Below, piece by piece: positions 25,904-32,000 of a DNA stretch of 32,000 nucleotides. The notes under the pieces were generated by a model. That model searched no databases, was not told where the DNA came from, and worked only from the letters and a program-made list of their open reading frames with translations. The stretch spans positions 420,001 to 452,000 of the forward strand of contig OX638337.1 of the NCBI GenBank assembly GCA_951812855.1, given 5' to 3'. The position numbers and the translations under genes are program-made. Origin of the DNA: an uncultured Lentisphaeria bacterium (GTDB taxonomy: Bacteria; Verrucomicrobiota; Lentisphaeria; JABSQK01; JAJFLO01). Positions within the stretch are counted from its first letter, which is position 1. The number at the start of each line of letters is the position of its first letter.

Positions 25904-26989
25904 ATGAGCGAATTCGATCCCGCTGCACCCCAGAATAATTCATATGACAAACACAGGCAATCACCATCAAAGCCTGTAAAAAATTCTAACGGATTTTTGC
26001 AAAGTTTTTTACTCATCGTTCTATCGTTTTTTGTAATTATGTTTTTATCCTTTGTACTGATCACTGGAATTATTATCTATAAATCGTATTCGAGTTCATC
26101 AGATTTTCTTGTCTCATTTGATAGTGAAACAGATAACATCCACGAAAAACCAGTCTCCGCCGGGACTGGAAAGGAAAAAGTGGTCATTATTGAAGTAACT
26201 GGAGTCATCTATCAGGGGAATGCTGTTGCAAGAGATCACACGTCGTCAGATTCAATTATTTCACAGATTAGAAAAGCAGGCAGAGATGAAAATGTTAAAG
26301 GTGTGGTTTTAGATATGAATACACCCGGCGGAGCAGTAACTGCCACCGATGAAATTCATCATGAATTACTAAAGTTGAGAAAAAAAGGGAAAAGGGTAGT
26401 TACATGTATGCGCACCGTTGCTGCAAGCGGCGGTTATTATTTAGCAGCGGGAACAGATTATATTATTGCAAACCGATTAACACTTACCGGAAGTATCGGC
26501 GTTATAATTGGCGGATATAATTATCACGGTTTATTCAAACGACTTGGAATAAAATCAGAAATCTATAAATCCGGTAAATTTAAGGATCTTTTGAACATGG
26601 GAAAACCCAGAAATGATGAAGAAATTAAACTTCTACAGGAAATGGTCGATGAAACTTACTTAGAATTTGCAACAATTGTTGCAGAAGGCAGGAATATGAA
26701 TCTCGGTGATGTAACAACTGGAGTCATTGGAGATGCTGGAATTTTTTCGGGGAGAAAAGCACAATCATTAGGTCTTGTAGATGAACTGGGATTTCTTGAA
26801 GATGCAATCAAAAAAGCAAAAGAATTGGGCAATGCAAGAGCTGCCTCTGTTGTTCGTTATCAACCCAGACATTCTATTGCAGACTTATTTTCATCATTAA
26901 AAACAGATATTTTATCTGAAGTGTTACCGGGAAAACCGACAATCGTACATAAAGGATATCTCTACTATCTTTGTCCGTTGGTATTATAA
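25904..26989 (+). CDS. sppA: signal peptide peptidase SppA, 36K type (S49)
   Basis: N-terminal TM anchor. S49 core: DMNTPGGAVTATDEI...AASGGYYLAAGTDYIIANRLTLTGSIGVI...GRKAQSLGLVDELG. Confidence 0.92.
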   Translation: MSEFDPAAPQNNSYDKHRQSPSKPVKNSNGFLQSFLLIVLSFFVIMFLSFVLITGIIIYKSYSSSSDFLVSFDSETDNIHEKPVSAGTGKEKVVIIEVTGVIYQGNAVARDHTSSDSIISQIRKAGRDENVKGVVLDMNTPGGAVTATDEIHHELLKLRKKGKRVVTCMRTVAASGGYYLAAGTDYIIANRLTLTGSIGVIIGGYNYHGLFKRLGIKSEIYKSGKFKDLLNMGKPRNDEEIKLLQEMVDETYLEFATIVAEGRNMNLGDVTTGVIGDAGIFSGRKAQSLGLVDELGFLEDAIKKAKELGNARAASVVRYQPRHSIADLFSSLKTDILSEVLPGKPTIVHKGYLYYLCPLVL

Positions 26990-27133
26990 ATTTCACCGAG
27001 TGATCGGCCTTGTATAACTTGAAATTAACATATTCCATTGGTGTGATATCATGTCACTGTTGAAAACTACATTGAATTAAATCAAAAATAAATCTTATTT
27101 GCTATTCCATAATCGATTTCATGCTGCCCCGGG

Positions 27134-28222
27134 ATGAACAGTGAAAAAATTAACTTTCTTGTTGAAACGTACAAGCTGCCAAAATTCCGTATTCAACAGT
27201 TCTATGATGCATTTTTCGATCAGGGAATTGCATCATTTAATTTAATAAAAACACTTCCAAAATCTCTAAGAACTCAATTAAACACAAATGAACAGGTTCT
27301 GACAGGTGCACCCTACAGGCTTTTCAGTTCAAAAAGTAAAAACGCATTTAAAGCACTTCTGAGACTCCATGACGGCGCCCTTATTGAAACTGTACTTCTT
27401 AACCCTAAACCCGGACTATGGTCATGCTGTATAAGCAGTCAGGCCGGATGTGGTTTGGGCTGCACGTTTTGTGCAACAGGATCGATGGGATTAATACGAA
27501 ATCTGAGTGCAGAAGAGATTACAGATCAAGTTCTATACTGGCAAACGAGTGACATTCTAAAATCGTTCAGGTCTAAATTAAACAATATTGTTTATATGGG
27601 AATGGGAGAACCGTTTTGTAACAAAAAAGCAGTATTTTCCAGCCTGAATGAATTAATGAATCCCTCAACATTTAATATAGGTGCACGCCATATTTCAGTA
27701 TCAACAGCCGGCATTATTCCGGTTATCAGTGAATTTGCAGATACCTTCCCTCAAATTAATTTAGCACTGTCGTTACATGCAGCAGATGATACACTCCGAC
27801 AAAAATTGATGCCGATAAATAAACCCTATCCAATCAATAAGTTAAGAGATGCAATAGACTGTTATCTGAATAAAACCAACCGAAAAGTATTCATTGAATA
27901 CATCCTGATCGACAATGAAAATGATGGTATCCCCATGGCTGAACACCTCGTAACTTTTGTAAAGTCAATAAAGAAAAATCATCTTGTTCATGTTAATTTA
28001 ATTCTATATAACAGGACAGATGGCGGGTATTTGGAAAGCCAAAAACAAATTGCCGATCAGTTTAAAAATTATCTTGTGAAAAATGGTGTCAAAACAACAA
28101 TACGTAAGAATTTAGGACGAGATATAAACGGTGCATGCGGACAACTTGCATTGAAGAATCCAATTGGGAACTCATCGGCATGCCATACCGATGCATACCT
28201 TAAAAAATTAACCCGGGAATAA
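27134..28222 (+). CDS. rlmN: 23S rRNA/tRNA (adenine-C2)-methyltransferase RlmN (radical SAM)
   Basis: CX3CX2C motif in SSQAGCGLGCTFCATG, MGMGEP, SLHA, and a C-terminal GACGQL. Confidence 0.92.
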   Translation: MNSEKINFLVETYKLPKFRIQQFYDAFFDQGIASFNLIKTLPKSLRTQLNTNEQVLTGAPYRLFSSKSKNAFKALLRLHDGALIETVLLNPKPGLWSCCISSQAGCGLGCTFCATGSMGLIRNLSAEEITDQVLYWQTSDILKSFRSKLNNIVYMGMGEPFCNKKAVFSSLNELMNPSTFNIGARHISVSTAGIIPVISEFADTFPQINLALSLHAADDTLRQKLMPINKPYPINKLRDAIDCYLNKTNRKVFIEYILIDNENDGIPMAEHLVTFVKSIKKNHLVHVNLILYNRTDGGYLESQKQIADQFKNYLVKNGVKTTIRKNLGRDINGACGQLALKNPIGNSSACHTDAYLKKLTRE

Positions 28223-28237
28223 AAAAGAAAACCACTC

Positions 28238-29755
28238 ATGCCCACTCCGGAAGAATCCTATGAAAAACTTCTCGAGTTTCAGCGAACAACCTCAGTCTTA
28301 AACTCATGTACATCGGTATTGAGATGGGACCGAGAAACATATTTGCCTTTATCCGGAGCGTCTCATAGAGCTGAACAACTTGCCTTGCTGTCTGGAATTT
28401 CTCATGAACGTTCCACAAATCAGCGAATTGACGAGTGGCTGTCAGAATGTGAGTCCTCAAAATTGTTTTCAGAACCACATTCAGTGTCAAACACCAATAT
28501 AAGGGAATGGAGAAAAAATTATGATAAGAATGTAAAAATACCAGGAAAATTAGTAGAAGAAATCACACATACCATTTCGATGGGACACAAATCCTGGATT
28601 GAATCCCGAAACAAGTCAGACTATTCCATTTTTTTACCCTGGTTAACAAAAATCATAGCACTCAAACGACATTATGCTGAATTACTGGTCACTGATAACA
28701 AATCAATTTATGACACATTGCTCGATGATTATGAGCCGGGCGAATCCGCCGAAAACATCAGTCAGGTCTTTTCACAACTCCGGGATGAATTAATGCCTGT
28801 CATTGATAAAATTGTTACCAGTGCTCATCAACCGAACCTCGATATTTTGCATAAAAATTACTCAATCGAAAAGCAGAAATTATTTGGTGAAGATGCGGCA
28901 AAAACAATTGGTTTTAATTTTGATGCAGGTCGATTAGATACAGTCGTTCATCCGTTTTGTACTGGATTGGGACCTCATGATACCCGAATAACAACCCGGT
29001 GGGACAGCAATAATATTGCGTCAGCATTTTTTGGAATAATGCATGAAACCGGGCATGCAATCTATGATCAGAATTTACCCTCCGGACATTGGGGCTCGCC
29101 TGCCGGCTCCAGCGTTTCACTGGGTATTCATGAATCACAATCCCGACTATGGGAAAATATAATTGCCAGGGACAAACCGTTTTGGAATTGCTTTTATCCG
29201 AAACTCCAGCGTATTTTTTCCAAAAATTTATCTAATATACCTTTAGAGGATTTTCTGCACGCAATCAATTATGTTAAACGATCACATATTCGTGTTGAAG
29301 CAGATGAAATCACCTATACCCTGCATATAATTCTCCGCTTTGAAATTGAACAGCTGCTTATTACCGGTAAGCTGAATCCAATAGACCTTCCTGAATTCTG
29401 GAATAAACGATTTAAGGAATTATTTGATCTGGATGTACCTGATGATGCAAACGGCTGCCTGCAGGATGTGCATTGGTCATACGGAAGTTTCGGTTATTTT
29501 CCTGCCTATGCATTAGGGAATCTTTATGCTGCCCAATTTTACGACAATTTTAAGAAAAAACATCCCGATGTCGACGACGAATATAACAATGGAAATTTCA
29601 TGCCTTTATTAAATTGGCTTATAGAGAATATCCATTCGAAAGGGATGTGCTGCACGGCACCTGAATTGATTAAACATGTAACAGATGAACCCTTGAATCA
29701 CCTATACCTGATTAAGAGTTTAAAAAATAAGTTTTATCCTCTGTATAACATATAA
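28238..29755 (+). CDS. M32 carboxypeptidase (Taq-type metallocarboxypeptidase)
   Basis: HETGHAIYDQ (HEXXH), GIHESQSRLWEN, IRVEADEITYTLHIILRFEIE, DVHWS.G.FGYFP.Y.LG. Confidence 0.92.
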   Translation: MPTPEESYEKLLEFQRTTSVLNSCTSVLRWDRETYLPLSGASHRAEQLALLSGISHERSTNQRIDEWLSECESSKLFSEPHSVSNTNIREWRKNYDKNVKIPGKLVEEITHTISMGHKSWIESRNKSDYSIFLPWLTKIIALKRHYAELLVTDNKSIYDTLLDDYEPGESAENISQVFSQLRDELMPVIDKIVTSAHQPNLDILHKNYSIEKQKLFGEDAAKTIGFNFDAGRLDTVVHPFCTGLGPHDTRITTRWDSNNIASAFFGIMHETGHAIYDQNLPSGHWGSPAGSSVSLGIHESQSRLWENIIARDKPFWNCFYPKLQRIFSKNLSNIPLEDFLHAINYVKRSHIRVEADEITYTLHIILRFEIEQLLITGKLNPIDLPEFWNKRFKELFDLDVPDDANGCLQDVHWSYGSFGYFPAYALGNLYAAQFYDNFKKKHPDVDDEYNNGNFMPLLNWLIENIHSKGMCCTAPELIKHVTDEPLNHLYLIKSLKNKFYPLYNI

Positions 29756-29945
29756 CTCTATTTTATATCTTGTTTTGTTACTTCCCCCCCGCAATCGACA
29801 GCCATTAAAATATTAATTACAATAAAATATGAATGACTGAGTACCACTGTATACACTATGCTCAGTTCACAAATCTACACTGAAAATTTAACCAGACAGG
29901 GAATGGAGAACAATTAATATTAAATCGATAAAATCAATCGACATC

Positions 29946-30575
29946 GTGTACATTGACAACCATTTACTTGTAGTTAATAAACCCGCCGGAATACTTGTTC
30001 AGGGTGATGCAACAAAGCACAAAACATTACTTGATTTCAGCAAGGACTACGTGCGTAGAGAATTCAATAAACCAGGAAATGTGTATCTTGGACTTGTTCA
30101 TCGGTTAGATAGACTCGTTTCTGGAATAATTGTATTTGCCCGAACTTCAAAAGCGGCATCACGGCTTTCTGAACAATTTCGTGAAGGCAGCGTCAAAAAG
30201 ATTTACCGGGCTGTTGTAGAAGGCTCTATATCTAAAAATGATGAATTTATTGACTCTATCGGGCGACGCGGCAGCAGGAGTTTTATTGCTAATGGTAAAT
30301 CCGGTAAATATGCAGAATTAAATTATAAACTCATAAAAAAAGTCAACGATTTTTCATTTATTGAAATTAACTTATTGACAGGAAGACACCATCAAATTAG
30401 AGTTCAGTTTTCTCATCGGGGATATCCTGTTCTTGGTGATTTACGTTACGGTGGCAAAAAGGTGCGACCAGATAAAACATTGTTACTGCATGCATATTCA
30501 ATAACTATTATTCATCCTGTATCCAAAAAGAAACTGAATTTTAAGGCTGATATACCATCAAATTGGGATATTTAA
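29946..30575 (+). CDS. RluA-family pseudouridine synthase (no S4 domain)
   Basis: LLVVNKPAG, catalytic-Asp motif LVHRLDRLVSG, TGRHHQIRVQF. GTG at 29946 is the only canonical start in the open frame. Confidence 0.85.
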   Translation: MYIDNHLLVVNKPAGILVQGDATKHKTLLDFSKDYVRREFNKPGNVYLGLVHRLDRLVSGIIVFARTSKAASRLSEQFREGSVKKIYRAVVEGSISKNDEFIDSIGRRGSRSFIANGKSGKYAELNYKLIKKVNDFSFIEINLLTGRHHQIRVQFSHRGYPVLGDLRYGGKKVRPDKTLLLHAYSITIIHPVSKKKLNFKADIPSNWDI

Positions 30576-30603
30576 ATTTTTAATATTTAGAAAGTAGAAA
30601 ATA

Positions 30604-31974
30604 ATGAAATCAAAAAAGAAAATACCAGGCTTAATTGCTTTTATTTTAATGCTGATATTAGAATTAAATTTATCAGCATCAACTCCTGACAATCAAACAA
30701 TTACACAAGAAATGAGATCTGAGTTAGACGCCTTAAAGGCTTTTTTAATAAATCAAATAACACCCAACTTAATCGTTCCTGAACCCGCTCCGGGAAGGAA
30801 CGATCTGGTTGTATCCTATGTCCATGAAAAATCGACGCCGGGCTATGCCTATGTTCATTCCAGAACCGCGGTTTATGATAATGCAGCAGCAATCATAGCA
30901 CTGGTTATGCTCAATGAAAGAGATAAAGCGGTTTCAATTATAGAATCTCTTATGGGTAATATGAGAGCCGATGGCGATCTCTGGTTTATCATGAATACCC
31001 ACAATTACTGGCCAAACGAGTCCGATAATAAAGGAGCAATGATTCGAACCGGCAGCAGCAGCTGGGTTGGATATGCAGTCTGTTATTTCATTTTGACTGA
31101 ACAATTCTTAGGGATATCAGAAAGAGACAACTCAAAGACTGCTGAATTTTTAACATTCGCTGAAACGATAGCCGATGCCGTGTTACGCCGGCAAATCACC
31201 GATAGAAAGGATTTTCGTTATGGTCTTATAACAGGAGGTGACAGGACTATTGCAATGAAGAATATTGATGGAAAAATTGTTGAACAAATAGTCAACAAAC
31301 CAATCGAATGGATCAGTATTGAGCATAACATCGACAGCTATTTCTTTCTAAGAGACCTCGCCTATTTATCAGGTAAAGATAAATATAAATCTGCAGCAAA
31401 AATTCTAAAAAAGGGAATTCTAAATACGTACAACTATCATTTAGGACACTTTGAACGAGGATTTAATGCGAAAGGGCCCGACCCCTATCGTGCCCTTGAT
31501 TGTGCATCCTGGGGAACAATGTTTTTATTAGCAGCGAAACAGGAAAAGCTGGCATTGTCTACAACAAAATCACTCAACGATTTTAAAAATTCAATTAATG
31601 GACTGATTGGTTTCAAACCATACATTGATACAACCATTTATGAAGATGAAGACGCTCAAAAGTTCTACTATAGAGATGCTCCTGAAAAACGCTGGAATGA
31701 TATTCATTTTTTATGGTCAGAAGGAAGTTTCGGAGCCGCACTCGCTTATATTCGAATGGGAAAGCAAAACCAGGCAAAAGAAATTATTCAATCTTTTATA
31801 GGACCTGAAATGAATGTAAACGGCGGAATCCGATATGCTGACAAAATAATTGAGCACCAATTTACCAATGCACCATCAGCGATCGGCTCAGCCTGGGCTG
31901 TTATTGCCATTAAAAACCTTGAAAATGATAAGCTTGCATCTTTATTCTGGTGTGAAGACTTACCCAGGCGTTAA
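30604..31974 (+). CDS. secreted hypothetical protein, possibly an (alpha/alpha)6-toroid (six-hairpin glycosidase-like) fold
   Basis: Signal peptide (LMLILELNLSAS|TPD). Helical-hairpin-type strings: RTAVYDNAAAIIALVMLNERDKA, RTGSSSWVGYAV, LDCASWGTMFLLAA, WSEGSFGAALAYIRMG, SAIGSAWAVIAI. The fold call is pattern-based only. Confidence 0.75.
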   Translation: MKSKKKIPGLIAFILMLILELNLSASTPDNQTITQEMRSELDALKAFLINQITPNLIVPEPAPGRNDLVVSYVHEKSTPGYAYVHSRTAVYDNAAAIIALVMLNERDKAVSIIESLMGNMRADGDLWFIMNTHNYWPNESDNKGAMIRTGSSSWVGYAVCYFILTEQFLGISERDNSKTAEFLTFAETIADAVLRRQITDRKDFRYGLITGGDRTIAMKNIDGKIVEQIVNKPIEWISIEHNIDSYFFLRDLAYLSGKDKYKSAAKILKKGILNTYNYHLGHFERGFNAKGPDPYRALDCASWGTMFLLAAKQEKLALSTTKSLNDFKNSINGLIGFKPYIDTTIYEDEDAQKFYYRDAPEKRWNDIHFLWSEGSFGAALAYIRMGKQNQAKEIIQSFIGPEMNVNGGIRYADKIIEHQFTNAPSAIGSAWAVIAIKNLENDKLASLFWCEDLPRR

Positions 31975-32000
31975 GATAATTTATAGTTCGTATGAAAAAT

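Noticed and set aside
29792-29943. A 9-bp direct repeat CAATCGACA (29792-29800 and 29935-29943) flanking 134 bp, with an internal 10-bp AT-only inverted repeat. This would suggest a MITE with a target-site duplication.
   Set aside because: The inverted repeats (29809-29818 / 29912-29921) are not at the ends next to the direct repeats, and they consist only of A/T in AT-rich DNA. A chance 9-mer match within 190 bp is not very unlikely.
1-32000. Scan for CRISPR arrays, tandem repeat arrays, transposase, integrase or recombinase genes, restriction-modification, toxin-antitoxin or other defence-type genes, and for in-frame stop-codon reassignment.
   Set aside because: None was seen. All conserved genes read through with the standard code, and no repeat-spacer periodicity or mobile-element enzymes were recognisable by eye.

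Overview
This is an AT-rich bacterial chromosomal window read with the standard genetic code. It holds about 26 genes on both strands, and most start codons lack a Shine-Dalgarno sequence. Housekeeping content dominates. It includes trkA-trkH K+ uptake and a three-gene single-cytochrome-b succinate:quinone oxidoreductase (sdhCAB/frdCAB type). There are four RNA-modification enzymes (TrmB, TilS, RlmN, an RluA-family pseudouridine synthase) and four peptidases (M48 lipoprotein, M28/glutaminyl-cyclase-like lipoprotein, SppA S49, M32 carboxypeptidase). The rest are ApbE, a 1029-aa AsmA-like envelope protein, a 939-aa TPR protein, a PCD/DCoH dehydratase and GDP-L-fucose synthase. I saw no rRNA, tRNA, CRISPR array, transposase, integrase, or recognisable defence or toxin-antitoxin module. 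I cannot support a claim of a new multi-gene system here. The least ordinary stretch is about 7.47-12.52 kb. It contains an orphan 121-aa gene, a 463-bp AT-rich intergenic region, and a 1205-aa secreted modular protein. That protein has three CBM-like beta-sandwich repeats, an uncharacterised TIM-barrel hydrolase-like core and a CBM9/DOMON-like module. The block is bracketed by two damaged receiver-domain genes: a relic after sdhB and a frameshifted CheY-like gene. A third decay signal is a doubly truncated GT-C glycosyltransferase remnant at the left edge. A few intergenic inverted and direct repeats are flagged at low interest. All functional calls come from motif recognition by eye in the supplied translations. 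No database search was run.
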